A stretch of 64,000 bases of DNA from an uncultured Methanosarcinaceae archaeon (GTDB taxonomy: Archaea > Halobacteriota > Methanosarcinia > Methanosarcinales > Methanosarcinaceae), in assembly GCA_963847185.1 (NCBI GenBank), contig CAWJYV010000002.1, positions 64,001-128,000 on the forward strand, read 5' to 3'. Below, in pieces: positions 33,289 to 44,177 of this stretch. A program made the translations under genes and the position numbers. The notes beneath the pieces were generated by a model. The model worked only from the letters and a program-made list of their open reading frames with translations. It did no database searches and was not told the origin of the DNA. Position 1 is the stretch's first letter, and each line of letters begins with the position of its first letter.

Positions 33289-33943
33289 ATGAAGATATTC
33301 AATAGAGAAGAAAATAAGGATTCTAAAGAAGATGCCCAGGCTGGGGCTGAAAGTTCTGAATCCCGGAATTCCGATCCTTCGGCAGAAAAGGCCAATAAAT
33401 GCAGGAGAAACTTCTCAGGCCTCTGTAAATTCAGAGGCTGAGAAAAGCAATGAAGCCGTCGCCTGCCGGGAGGAAAATGAAATCCTCAGGGACCAGCTTT
33501 TAAGGCTTGCAGCAGATTTCGAAAATTTCAGAAAACGGACCGCCCGCCAGATGGAAGAAAATCGAAAATCTGTACTTGAACAGGTACTTCTTGACTTTGT
33601 TGAAGTTACAGACAATTTCGATCGTGCTCTGAAATCTGCAAGGACCGCAGAGGACATGAACTCTATTATCAGTGGAATAGAACAGCTTTCAAAGCAGTTT
33701 TTTTCAATCCTCCAAAAATATGGGATTGAAAAGATCGAGTCCGAAAAAGCTAGTGAATTTGACCCTCACAGGCATGAGGCGGTTCAACATGTCGAGACCT
33801 CTGAAGTCCCGGACAACACTATAGTAGAGGTTTACAAACCCGGATATGCTTTAAACTCTAAAGTTATCAGGCCAGCTATGGTCTCAGTGGCCAGATGTCC
33901 TGATGAAACTGAAGGAGATGGAAAATCCGGAAAGAATCAATAA
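33289..33943 (+). CDS. grpE: Nucleotide exchange factor GrpE (apparent +1 frameshift near 33395)
   Basis: LRLAADFENFRKR, FDPHRHEA, GY.L..KVIRPAMVSV. The acidic N-terminus from the ATG at 33289 is in a different frame. Confidence 0.9.
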
Positions 33944-34126
33944 AGTTCTTACATGAAAAAATCATAGTCATCAAAAAATAGTAAGTTAAAAAATTTACTT
34001 AGATAAACCTGAATGCTTAATTTACTAAAAACTTTACCAAAGAACTTAATTAAATAATTTAATTTAATAACTTATCAAAATAATTCAACTTAATGGTTTA
34101 ACCAGGTAATCTAGTGAGGATATAAC

Positions 34127-35980
34127 ATGGCAAAAATACTGGGTATTGACCTTGGTACTACCAACTCATGCATGGCAGTAATGGAAGGTGGAGAAGCTGT
34201 CGTAATTCCCAATGCCGAAGGCGCCAGGACAACTCCGTCGGTAGTCGGATTTTCCAAGAAAGGGGAGAAACTTGTAGGTCAGGTAGCAAAGAGACAGGCG
34301 ATCTCAAATCCTGAAAATACAGTATATTCAATAAAAAGGCATATGGGGGACGCCAATTACAGGGTAACCCTTCATGGAAAGCAATATAAGCCGCAGGAAA
34401 TTTCGGCAATGATCCTCCAGAAGCTTAAAACAGACGCTGAAGCTTATCTTGGAGAAGAGATCAAACAGGCTGTTATTACGGTTCCTGCATATTTCAATGA
34501 TGCCCAGAGACAGGCCACAAAGGATGCAGGATCGATTGCAGGCCTTGAAGTCCTGAGAATTATTAACGAGCCAACTGCCGCATCCCTGGCTTACGGCCTT
34601 GATAAGGGAGATGTGGAACATACAATTCTTGTTTATGATCTTGGCGGCGGAACTTTTGATGTATCCATTCTCGAACTCGGAGGCGGAGTCTTTGAAGTAA
34701 AATCCACAAGTGGAGACACCCGTCTTGGAGGAGATGACTTCGACCAGCGCATAGTTAACTACCTGCTTGCCGAGTTCAGGAAAGCCGAAGGAATTGACCT
34801 TTCTAAAGACAGGGCAGTGCTCCAGCGTCTGACCGATGCCGCAGAAAAGGCAAAAATCGAACTTTCCGGAGTTGCCAGCACCAACATCAACCTTCCTTTC
34901 CTTACAGTCGGTCCTGATGGAGAACCAAAGCACCTTGACATAGACCTGACAAGGGCTCAGTTCCAGAAAATGACTGAAGACCTCCTCGAAAAAACCCTTG
35001 TGTCAATGCGCCAGGCTCTAAGCGATGCAAAGCTTACTCCAAACGATCTTGAAAAAGTCATCCTAGTCGGAGGAGCCACAAGGATGCCAGCAGTAGTCGA
35101 GCTTGTTGAGAACTTTACGGGCAAGAAACCATATAAGAACATCAACCCTGACGAAGCCGTTGCAGTTGGAGCAGCCATTCAGGCAGGTGTGCTTGGCGGC
35201 GAAGTCAAAGATGTCCTGCTGCTTGACGTTACTCCTCTCACTCTCGGAATCGAAACCCTCGGAGGCATAGCTACTCCGTTGATCCAGAGAAACACAACAA
35301 TTCCGACCAAGAAAAGTCAGGTCTTCTCAACTGCAGCTGATAACCAGCCCTCAGTAGAGATCCATGTCCTGCAGGGAGAAAGGGGAATAGCTTCCGAAAA
35401 CAAAACTCTCGGGCGCTTTACCCTGGACGGTATTCCTCCTGCTCCGAGAGGCATTCCGCAGATTGAAGTCACCTTTGATATCGATGCAAACGGGATCCTG
35501 CACGTGAGTGCAAAAGATCTTGGAACAGGCAAGAAACAATCCATTTCTATCCAGAAGCCAGGCGGGCTCTCGGATGCTGAAATCGAGCGCATGGTCAAAG
35601 ACGCGGAACTGCATGCCGAAGAAGACAGGAAGCGCAAGGAAGAAGTGGAAAACAGAAACAATGCCGAAGCCCTGATTAACGCTGCGGAAAAAACCTTGAA
35701 GGAATCCGGAGATGTGGCTACTGAAGACCAGAAGTCAAAAGTAAATGCCGCAATCGAAGACCTTAAGAAAGCCCTTGAAGGTAAGGACAGCGAAGACATT
35801 AAGGCAAAAACCGAAGCTCTTCAGGAAGCCGTATACCCGATTTCTACGGCTATGTACCAGAAAGCCCAGCAGGCTCAACAGGAGGCTGCAGGAAGTGCAG
35901 GAAGCACTGATGCAAGAGGCCCTGATGAGACAGTTGTTGACGCCGATTACGAGGTAGTTGACGACGAAAAGCGTAAGTAA
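34127..35980 (+). CDS. dnaK: Chaperone DnaK (Hsp70)
   Basis: [25 protein letters not shown]. Confidence 0.98.
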   Translation: MAKILGIDLGTTNSCMAVMEGGEAVVIPNAEGARTTPSVVGFSKKGEKLVGQVAKRQAISNPENTVYSIKRHMGDANYRVTLHGKQYKPQEISAMILQKLKTDAEAYLGEEIKQAVITVPAYFNDAQRQATKDAGSIAGLEVLRIINEPTAASLAYGLDKGDVEHTILVYDLGGGTFDVSILELGGGVFEVKSTSGDTRLGGDDFDQRIVNYLLAEFRKAEGIDLSKDRAVLQRLTDAAEKAKIELSGVASTNINLPFLTVGPDGEPKHLDIDLTRAQFQKMTEDLLEKTLVSMRQALSDAKLTPNDLEKVILVGGATRMPAVVELVENFTGKKPYKNINPDEAVAVGAAIQAGVLGGEVKDVLLLDVTPLTLGIETLGGIATPLIQRNTTIPTKKSQVFSTAADNQPSVEIHVLQGERGIASENKTLGRFTLDGIPPAPRGIPQIEVTFDIDANGILHVSAKDLGTGKKQSISIQKPGGLSDAEIERMVKDAELHAEEDRKRKEEVENRNNAEALINAAEKTLKESGDVATEDQKSKVNAAIEDLKKALEGKDSEDIKAKTEALQEAVYPISTAMYQKAQQAQQEAAGSAGSTDARGPDETVVDADYEVVDDEKRK

Positions 35981-36091
35981 ATAAAGAAGGAATAAAAGTA
36001 ATGATGAGACAGGCCTGGAGCTTTTCAGGCCTTACCGGAACCTGTCTGCAGGCTCCGATCCTTATCTTTTTTAAAACTACAGGGAATCCTG

Positions 36092-37261
36092 ATGGCCACA
36101 ACACGTGATTACTACGAAATTCTCGGATTGGATAAGGAAGCCTCAGCCGAGGATATAAAGAAAACATACCGAAAACTTGCACTGCAGTACCATCCTGACA
36201 GAAACAAGGAAGCAGGCGCTGAGGAGAAGTTTAAGGAGATCTCAGAGGCTTATGCCGTTCTTTCAGATTCTGAGAAACGGGCTCAGTACGATCGCTTCGG
36301 ACATGCCGGAATAGACGGGCAATACAGTGCAGAAGACATCTTCCGGGGTGCGGATTTCAGCGGTTTCGGGGATATCTTCGAAATGTTTTTCGGAGGAGGA
36401 GGAGGCCGAAGGGGACCAAGGGGACCAAGGAGAGGATCCGACCTTCAGTACGACCTTTCTATCACTTTTGAAGAAGCCGCTTTCGGAGTCCGTAAGGATA
36501 TCGATATTCCAAGGACTGAAAGATGCTCGAAATGTTCCGGAACCGGAGCTAAAGAGGGAACAAGCCCCAAGCGGTGTCCCACATGCGGCGGAACAGGGCA
36601 GATCCACACTACCCGCTCTGGATTGGGGATGCAGTTTGTAAGCACTACCACCTGTAATACCTGTAACGGTAGAGGTCAGATTATTGAGTCTCCCTGTCCT
36701 GTCTGTAACGGCATAGGCAGAGTTCGGAATAGAAGGAAAATAACAGTAAACGTGCCCGCTGGAGCAGACACAGGTATGAGTCTGAGACTCAGCGGAGAGG
36801 GCGATTCCGGAGAGCCAGGCGCACCGGCCGGAGATCTTTATATCGTCATTCATGTGATGGACCATAAGTATTTCAGACGGGTCGATTATGATGTAATTTC
36901 CGAGCTTCCGATCTCTTTCGCCCAGGCTGCAATCGGAGCGGACGTGATGGTTGATACTCTCTACGGGAAGGTAAAAATGAATATTCCTGCAGGAACTCAG
37001 ACCCACTCAGTGTTCAGGCTCAAAGACAAAGGGATCCAGCACCTGCACGGGCATAAAAAAGGAGATCAGCTCGTCAGGGTTCTGATCAAAACTCCCACAA
37101 AGCTTACCCAGGAACAAAAGGAACTGCTGCTTGAGTTCGAAGATCTGAGCAGTGGCAAGAAACCCGAAGGCGATGAAAAAGATCGGAATGAGACAGCTAA
37201 GGAGAAATCCAAAAAAAACAAAGGATTTTTTGAGAAAGTAAAGGATGCTTTTGAAGGTTAA
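36092..37261 (+). CDS. dnaJ: Chaperone DnaJ
   Basis: J domain with HPD, G/F-rich region, four CxxCxGxG repeats. Confidence 0.98.
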   Translation: MATTRDYYEILGLDKEASAEDIKKTYRKLALQYHPDRNKEAGAEEKFKEISEAYAVLSDSEKRAQYDRFGHAGIDGQYSAEDIFRGADFSGFGDIFEMFFGGGGGRRGPRGPRRGSDLQYDLSITFEEAAFGVRKDIDIPRTERCSKCSGTGAKEGTSPKRCPTCGGTGQIHTTRSGLGMQFVSTTTCNTCNGRGQIIESPCPVCNGIGRVRNRRKITVNVPAGADTGMSLRLSGEGDSGEPGAPAGDLYIVIHVMDHKYFRRVDYDVISELPISFAQAAIGADVMVDTLYGKVKMNIPAGTQTHSVFRLKDKGIQHLHGHKKGDQLVRVLIKTPTKLTQEQKELLLEFEDLSSGKKPEGDEKDRNETAKEKSKKNKGFFEKVKDAFEG

Positions 37262-37639
37262 AAATAACTTTTATCTGCATTTTTATCTTTTTAGCAAGTT
37301 TTTTCACTTAAAACTAAAAAGTAGCCTAATTAATTTTTCTCATATCCTTCTCTTCTTTTTAATATTATTCTTTTATTCTTGTTTGTCTCCTGGTCCTTGA
37401 AATTTATTTTGTGCTTTATGTAGTTTCATTCATCTTTTTGCATGCTAAATTACAGAATCATCCTCTATCAAAATTATTTGAAATTGATATATAAAAAGTT
37501 TACTGCATTCGAAAAGCACACAGAGTAAAGGAATTTAATAAGGAGAAATGTATTTATAACCCTTCTACGTTACGATTTACATTCGTTATCTGTGTGAATG
37601 TAGGCCGTGAATTTAATAACACAACAGATGTGAACCTAA

Positions 37640-39346
37640 TTGACAACACAAGATATAACCGTGGATGGTTTAATGCTCATCCTTTTTTTGGTCATTGTTA
37701 CCGGGATAGCATTACCTTTCAGCAGTTTTATTTCCCGAGTCTTTTCCGGAGATATGTCCCGAGGAATTCCGGGTCGTATAGAAAAAGCGATTTACAGGCT
37801 GATCGAAACAGATCCAGATAGAGAAGATGGGTGGAAGGGTTATGCCCGGAATATGCTCATTTTCAATGTTATAGGTTTTGTAGTTCTCTTCGCACTTCTT
37901 CTTCTTCAAGGTTTTCTTCCTTTTAACCCGCAAAAGTTCGGGGCTTTTGATCTGTATTTTGCAATTAACACTGCCGTTAGTTTTGTTACCAACACAAACT
38001 GGCAGGTTTACAGTGGTGAAACGACAGCAAGCTATCTTACCCAGATGGCTGGATTTACAGTCCAGAATTTCCTTTCCTCAGCTACAGGCATCTGCATAGC
38101 GATTGCAGTGATGAGAGGAATCACCCGTCATTCTACAGACAAAATAGGTAATTTCTGGGTCGATATGACTCGCTGTACCCTTTACATTCTTTTGCCGATA
38201 GCTTTCATCTTTGCCTTAATTCTGGTTTCTCAAGGAGTTATCCAGAATCTTGATCCTTATGTTCAAGCTACAGGATATGGCTCTACAGGACAGCAGACAA
38301 TTGCAATGGGGCCCGTAGCCTCCCAGGAAGCAATAAAAGAATTTGGTACCAACGGGGGAGGGTTTTTTAATGCAAACTCTGCACATCCCTATGAAAACCC
38401 AACACCTTTAACCAATTTGATTGAGATTTTTCTTATTCTCATTATACCTGTAACCCTGCCTCTGGTCTTTGGAAAAATGACCGGCAAAATTCGGCAGGGA
38501 TGGATGATTTACACTGTTATGCTAATATTATTTTTATGTGGTTTTTTTACTCTCTACGCTGCAGAACTGGCAGGAAATCCGCTTGTAAAAGAAATGGGCG
38601 TTTCCAGAATATCTATGGAGGGAAAAGAAGTAAGGTTCGGACTCCTGGGCTCGTCACTTTTTGCCACATCTACCACAGCAACATCCTGCGGAGCAGTCAA
38701 CTCCATGCATGATTCACTCACTCCACTTGGTGGTCTGGCGACTATGTTCATGATTCTTCTTGGTGAGGTTGCCTTTGGAGGAGTAGGATCTGGTTTCTAC
38801 ACTATGATCGGATTTGTAGTCCTTGCAGTCTTCATTGCAGGACTGATGATAGGAAGAACTCCCGAATATCTCGGAAAAAAGATAGAGGTATTGGAGATGA
38901 GAGCAGCTGTGATAACTGTTCTGGTTCCTGGAGTCCTTGTTCTTCTGCTTTCGGGTATTGCGCTGGTTCTTCCTAATGTCACAGAGTTAATGAAAAATCC
39001 GGGTCCCCATGGACTATCTGAACTGATATACGCCTTCGCATCAATGGCTAACAACAACGGCAGCGCCTTTGCAGGATTTGATGCATCAAAACCTTTCTAC
39101 ACACTCACAGGCAGCCTGGCAATGTTGATAGGCAGATTCGTACCTGCAGTTTCCATGCTGGCCATGGCAGGATCGCTAGCACAGAAGAAAAAAGTTCCAC
39201 CTAGCTCAGGAACTCTTCCCACAGACTCCATTACATTTTCTATCTGGACAATCCTCGTGATTCTTATCATAGGGGCTCTTACATTCTTCCCGCTTTTTGC
39301 AATGGGGCCAATCGCTGAACACCTGAGTATGGTAGGAGGAGTCTAA
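37640..39346 (+). CDS. kdpA: Potassium-transporting ATPase subunit A
   Basis: [44 protein letters not shown]. Confidence 0.95.
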   Translation: MTTQDITVDGLMLILFLVIVTGIALPFSSFISRVFSGDMSRGIPGRIEKAIYRLIETDPDREDGWKGYARNMLIFNVIGFVVLFALLLLQGFLPFNPQKFGAFDLYFAINTAVSFVTNTNWQVYSGETTASYLTQMAGFTVQNFLSSATGICIAIAVMRGITRHSTDKIGNFWVDMTRCTLYILLPIAFIFALILVSQGVIQNLDPYVQATGYGSTGQQTIAMGPVASQEAIKEFGTNGGGFFNANSAHPYENPTPLTNLIEIFLILIIPVTLPLVFGKMTGKIRQGWMIYTVMLILFLCGFFTLYAAELAGNPLVKEMGVSRISMEGKEVRFGLLGSSLFATSTTATSCGAVNSMHDSLTPLGGLATMFMILLGEVAFGGVGSGFYTMIGFVVLAVFIAGLMIGRTPEYLGKKIEVLEMRAAVITVLVPGVLVLLLSGIALVLPNVTELMKNPGPHGLSELIYAFASMANNNGSAFAGFDASKPFYTLTGSLAMLIGRFVPAVSMLAMAGSLAQKKKVPPSSGTLPTDSITFSIWTILVILIIGALTFFPLFAMGPIAEHLSMVGGV

Positions 39347-39347
39347 C

Positions 39348-41417
39348 ATGTCACGAAAGCGATTCCCCCGTTTAGGTGCTTTTGAGCCTAAACTTATCCG
39401 CGAAGCACTCATCAGTTCAGTGTTGAAGCTTGATCTACGCCAGCAGAAAGGAAACCCGGTTATGCTACTTGTGGAAATCGGAGGTATTCTGACCACTATT
39501 AGTTTTGTCATTGGGATCTTCTCTGCATCTCTGAAATCTTCCTTCTTCACAGGCTTTGTGTCCTTCTGGCTATGGTTGACAGTGCTATTTTCAAATTTTG
39601 CGGAATCTCTATCCGAAGGTCGCGGGAAAGCCAGAGCAGCCTCTCTCAGGCAGTCAAGAACCAGCGTTCCAGCCAGAAAACTATCAGCAGACTCTTTCGA
39701 TGCTTCTTTCACTGAGATATCTTCTTCAGATCTCCGAAAAAATGACCTTGTCCTTGTAAAGGCAAACGAAATAATTCCTGGAGACGGGGAAGTTGTAAAG
39801 GGAGCTGCATTAGTTAACGAATCGGCAATTACCGGAGAGTCAGCACCTGTTGTACGTGAATCAGGTGGCGACCGGAGTGCTGTTACCGGAGGAACGACCG
39901 TTATTGCCAATGAGATTATTGTCAGAATCACCACTGATCCAGGACAGACCTTCCTGGACCGCATGATCTCGATGGTAGAAGGCGCAGAGAGAAGGAAAAC
40001 TCCTAACGAAATAGCTCTCGAAATACTACTCATTGCACTCACGGGCGTATTTTTAGCAGTCGTAGCCAGTACCTACTCAGTTTCTGCATACAGCGCTGCT
40101 TCAAGTGGAAGAGGCTCACCTGCCAGTCTTACAGTACTTATTGCACTTTTCGTCTGTTTGGCTCCCACAACTATCGCAGCCCTGCTCCCAGCAATAGGAA
40201 TAGCCGGAATGGATCGCTTATTCCAGCTAAATGTCATAGCTCTCTCAGGAAGGGCAATTGAGGCTGCAGGAGATGTAAATGTCCTGCTTCTGGATAAAAC
40301 AGGCACGATCACTTTAGGTAACAGGCAGGCAGCCGAATTTTTGACAGTAGATAGCAAATCAAATGAAGAATTAATGGAAGCTGCTCTCCTTTCTTCATTT
40401 GCAGATGACACTCCAGAAGGAAAGAGTATTATTGCTCTGATTCAGGAAAAAACAGGAAAGACTCCGTTTTCTCCCGAAAATGTCACATTCATACCATTTT
40501 CAGCTGCAACAAGAGTTAGTGGTGCACAATGCGGCGAAATAACTTATCTGAAGGGTGCTTCCGATGCAATAAAGAAGGCAGTTCTCGAACGTGGAGGGCC
40601 CATTCCTTCGGATCTTAAAGGGAAAGTAGACGGAATTGCGTCTGCAGGCGGTACACCGCTTGTAGTTGCTCGAAATGAAGTCATTTTAGGTGTGATATTC
40701 CTCAAAGATATCCTGAAAACGGGAATTAAGGAAAGGTTTTCAGACCTGCGTCAGATAGGAATTCGTACAGTTATGATAACGGGAGACAATCATCTCACTG
40801 CTGCCACTATTGCAGCAGAAGCAGGAGTAGACGATTATCTGGCAGAAGCCAGGCCTGACGATAAACTTAGAATGATCAAGGAATACCAGGATGAAGGATA
40901 CATGGTTGCCATGACAGGGGATGGGACAAATGACGCTCCTGCTCTCGCCCAGGCCGATGTAGCCGTGGCAATGAACAATGGAACACAGCCTGCAAGGGAA
41001 GCTGCAAACATAATTGATCTTGACAGCGACCCTACGAAACTGCTGGACATTGTCGAGATAGGAAAACAAATCCTGATGACCAGGGGAGCTCTGACAACTT
41101 TCTCCATTGCAAATGATATAGCCAAATATTTTGCAATCATCCCAGCTGCTCTTATAGGGATTTATCCGCAGCTCAAAATTCTAAATATAATGGGTCTTGC
41201 AACTCCTGAGTCTGCCATTCTTTCGGCAGTCATATTCAATGCTCTGGTAATTCCAATGTTGATTCCGCTTGCACTTGCCGGAGTTAAGTTCAAGACCATG
41301 CCCGCATCGAAACTCTTTGCCTACAACCTGACCATTTTTGGTCTTGGAGGAGTTATCGCTCCATTCATTGGAATCAAGGTAATCGATCTGATACTGGTCG
41401 GTTTAATGCATATCTGA
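39348..41417 (+). CDS. kdpB: Potassium-transporting P-type ATPase subunit B
   Basis: [38 protein letters not shown]. Confidence 0.97.
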   Translation: MSRKRFPRLGAFEPKLIREALISSVLKLDLRQQKGNPVMLLVEIGGILTTISFVIGIFSASLKSSFFTGFVSFWLWLTVLFSNFAESLSEGRGKARAASLRQSRTSVPARKLSADSFDASFTEISSSDLRKNDLVLVKANEIIPGDGEVVKGAALVNESAITGESAPVVRESGGDRSAVTGGTTVIANEIIVRITTDPGQTFLDRMISMVEGAERRKTPNEIALEILLIALTGVFLAVVASTYSVSAYSAASSGRGSPASLTVLIALFVCLAPTTIAALLPAIGIAGMDRLFQLNVIALSGRAIEAAGDVNVLLLDKTGTITLGNRQAAEFLTVDSKSNEELMEAALLSSFADDTPEGKSIIALIQEKTGKTPFSPENVTFIPFSAATRVSGAQCGEITYLKGASDAIKKAVLERGGPIPSDLKGKVDGIASAGGTPLVVARNEVILGVIFLKDILKTGIKERFSDLRQIGIRTVMITGDNHLTAATIAAEAGVDDYLAEARPDDKLRMIKEYQDEGYMVAMTGDGTNDAPALAQADVAVAMNNGTQPAREAANIIDLDSDPTKLLDIVEIGKQILMTRGALTTFSIANDIAKYFAIIPAALIGIYPQLKILNIMGLATPESAILSAVIFNALVIPMLIPLALAGVKFKTMPASKLFAYNLTIFGLGGVIAPFIGIKVIDLILVGLMHI

Positions 41418-41429
41418 GGAGGCATTGGC

Positions 41430-41981
41430 ATGACGTCTATCAAAAAAGCCACATTACTATTCGCAGTGTTATTCATCATCACAGGGTTCATCTATCCCAT
41501 AACTGTGACACTTGTTTCAGGGTTAATTTTCCCTGATCAAGCTCACGGAAGCCTTATTGTTGATAATGACAACCGGGTTATCGGATCAACTCTTATTGGT
41601 CAGAATTTCACTGAACCTCAGTATTTCCAGAGCAGGCCTTCAGCTAGCGGATATGATGCAGCTTCTTCTGGAGGATCAAACTTAGGACCTACAAATTCCG
41701 CTCTTCTAGAACTGGTCGACAACCGAACAGAGTCCCTCCGAAAAAACGGAATTAGCGGTCCAATACCTTCGGATCTGGTTATGGCTTCAGCAAGTGGACT
41801 TGATCCACACATAAGTCTAGAATCCGCTTTGATACAGGTACCTGGCGTGGCAAAGGCGCAAAATCTTTCGGAAGAAGAAGTTAAAGCTCTCGTACTTGCA
41901 GAATCTGTTAATTCCCCCTTTACTGGAGATTATGTAAATGTGCTGTCACTCAACAGGGCACTTGATCAAAGAAGTCAATAA
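41430..41981 (+). CDS. kdpC: Potassium-transporting ATPase subunit C
   Basis: GS.LIGQ.F, YFQSRPS, SGGSNLGP, SASGLDPHIS. Confidence 0.95.
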   Translation: MTSIKKATLLFAVLFIITGFIYPITVTLVSGLIFPDQAHGSLIVDNDNRVIGSTLIGQNFTEPQYFQSRPSASGYDAASSGGSNLGPTNSALLELVDNRTESLRKNGISGPIPSDLVMASASGLDPHISLESALIQVPGVAKAQNLSEEEVKALVLAESVNSPFTGDYVNVLSLNRALDQRSQ

Positions 41982-41993
41982 TGAGAGGGGATT

Positions 41994-43931
41994 ATGGCGT
42001 CTAACCGTTGTGATGAAGAAGGAAGGCCACTGCCCGAGGACTTACTCCTGGTCGCTCGCCGTGCTGAGGAAAAAGAGCATGAAGGACAGCTGACAGTTTA
42101 CCTCGGCTATGCCCCAGGTGTTGGGAAAACATACTCAATGCTTCAAGATGCACTTCAGCGGCTAAAGGAAGGAAAAGATATCGTAATCGGCTATATAGAA
42201 ACCCATGACCGGCCTGAAACCAATGCATTGGCAAGTAATTTTGAGATTATTCCGACGGTTTCCATCATACACCAGGGTCTCTCTCTGAGAGAAATGAATT
42301 TCGATGCAATTATCCAACGCCACCCCCAAATCGTCCTTGTAGATGAGTTAGCTCATACTAACGCACCTGGAAGCAGACATATGAAGCGATACCAGGACAT
42401 TGAAGAACTTCTACAAGCAGGAATCTCAGTTTATACAACTGTCAATATTCAGCATATTGAGAGTCAGAACGACGCCGTTGCTCAGATTATTGGCGTCAGA
42501 GTGTCCGAGATTGTACCGGACGCTTTTTTTTATGATGCCGATGAGATTCGGTTAATAGATATCACCCCAGAAGAGCTGAATATTCGCCTCAAAGCAGGAA
42601 AAGTCTATGTAAAAGATATGGCTGAGGCAGCTGTTCAAAGTTTCTTCAGGACAGGAAACCTCCTTGCACTCAGGCAACTTGCTCTCAGGTATATGGCAGT
42701 GTATACGGACAAGAGGATGATTGGATACATGAGAACCCGTGCTATTCCGGGTCCATGGCCGGCAGGAGAAAGGCTTCTTGTCTGTATTCGCCCAGGTCCG
42801 ACAGCAGAACATATGGTAAGGGCAGCATACAGGCTTGCAAATAGATTCGATGCTGATTTGATTGTGTTTTCAGTAGATATCAATGATGAAAGAGCATTAT
42901 CTTCTCAGGAGCGTGCCTGGCTAAACCAGGCTCTTGAGACAGGTAGGCGAGTAGGTGGAAAGATAGTGCGCTACCGTGGAAACGATGTAGCTGATGAGAT
43001 TATACGCTATGCCAGAAGAAATAATATCAGTATGATCATGTTAGGAAAACCTCATGGTATTGATGTAATTTTTTCTCCGGTATACCAAGTTGTTCGGCAA
43101 TCCCAGGGAATCGATATTCATCTATACGAACCAAAAGGAAGTAGTGTACACATACCACTCAAAAAACGGCTCCCGCTTTTATTTACAGCTGAATATGTAA
43201 TCAGCCTCATCCTAATTGCAGCTGTAGTGGGAATCAATTTTCTTCTTAGAGAGTATATTGGGCCTTCAAACCTGCTGATAATTCAGCTCATTCCAGTTCT
43301 GGTTTCTGCATTCTTTTTCAGGCGTAGAGTGGCTCTGTTTACGGCAGGCTTGAGCATTGTGGTTTTCGATTTCCTTTTTGTCGAGCCTTACTTTTCATTT
43401 ACGGTTAATGATTTGCAGTATTTTATTGCCTTTGTCGGGTACGTTACTATTGCCCTTATAATTAGCAGCCTTGCTACAAGGCTACGCCACCTTCTGCCCC
43501 AGATCTGGAAAAGTGAAGCTGAAGTAGAAGCAACATCAGGCCTTTCTCGCTTACTTGTAGAAGTAAAAACGAAACAAGAGATCTTCGAAATTCTTGCTGA
43601 CCAGATGCACAATTTTGGGCCAGGATTTTTTGCAGTGCTTATACCAGGACCTTCTGGACTTCAGACAGGAGCCGGTGATGCTGCCTATCCCCTTCAGGAT
43701 AAAGAAAAGGCTATTGCTCAATGGGCTTATGACAATGGTCAGATAGCTGGTCATGGAACGGACAATCTCCCTGCAGGAAAGGGATATTATATTCCTATCA
43801 AGACTCATAGAATGATTTTTGGCATTATGGCATTTGCCTTTGACAAACCTGAAGAAGCCCTGGCTCCGGAAAATAAAGAAGTATTTGAAACAATGGCGTT
43901 CCTTGGGGCTCTTGCACTTGAACGCTTATAA
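41994..43931 (+). CDS. kdpD: KdpD-like protein lacking the histidine kinase transmitter domain
   Basis: GYAPGVGKT, LVDELAHTN, USP domain, 4-TM region, GAF-like end (ALALERL*). No H-box or HATPase follows. Confidence 0.88.
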   Translation: MASNRCDEEGRPLPEDLLLVARRAEEKEHEGQLTVYLGYAPGVGKTYSMLQDALQRLKEGKDIVIGYIETHDRPETNALASNFEIIPTVSIIHQGLSLREMNFDAIIQRHPQIVLVDELAHTNAPGSRHMKRYQDIEELLQAGISVYTTVNIQHIESQNDAVAQIIGVRVSEIVPDAFFYDADEIRLIDITPEELNIRLKAGKVYVKDMAEAAVQSFFRTGNLLALRQLALRYMAVYTDKRMIGYMRTRAIPGPWPAGERLLVCIRPGPTAEHMVRAAYRLANRFDADLIVFSVDINDERALSSQERAWLNQALETGRRVGGKIVRYRGNDVADEIIRYARRNNISMIMLGKPHGIDVIFSPVYQVVRQSQGIDIHLYEPKGSSVHIPLKKRLPLLFTAEYVISLILIAAVVGINFLLREYIGPSNLLIIQLIPVLVSAFFFRRRVALFTAGLSIVVFDFLFVEPYFSFTVNDLQYFIAFVGYVTIALIISSLATRLRHLLPQIWKSEAEVEATSGLSRLLVEVKTKQEIFEILADQMHNFGPGFFAVLIPGPSGLQTGAGDAAYPLQDKEKAIAQWAYDNGQIAGHGTDNLPAGKGYYIPIKTHRMIFGIMAFAFDKPEEALAPENKEVFETMAFLGALALERL

Positions 43932-43944
43932 AGAAAAAAAATTA

Positions 43945-43967
43945 GAAGCTGGATGGAAACCAGCTTC
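43945..43967 (+). terminator. Hairpin downstream of kdpD
   Basis: GAAGCTGG-ATGGAAA-CCAGCTTC. Confidence 0.45.
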
Positions 43968-44056
43968 ATTACGTATATTCGATTTTATTTTTATTAAATT
44001 TCAAGATTGTATAAATGCCAAATAAGTACAAAACTGAGATCTCTCAGTTTTGCATT

Positions 44057-44164
44057 CTAGTGCTGCGATTCCGAAGTATGTTCACAAAACTTGATTTTTG
44101 AATCAATCCATTAATCACGAATTTCCTTTTAAATAAGGAATTTATTTTGGAATCTAAGCACTAG
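44057..44164. mobile_element. Putative 108-bp MITE with CTAG ends
   Basis: Inverted repeats CTAGTGCTGCGATTCCGAAGTA versus CTAGTGCTTAGATTCCAAAATA (18/22). Confidence 0.55.
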
Positions 44165-44177
44165 TTTTGTATACCAT

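Noticed and set aside
34158-37006. Long antisense ORFs over dnaK and dnaJ
   Set aside because: A common by-product of codon bias in these conserved genes; no independent evidence.
37560-37640. kdpF small subunit upstream of kdpA
   Set aside because: No short hydrophobic ORF ending in the typical P-E-x-F motif was found.
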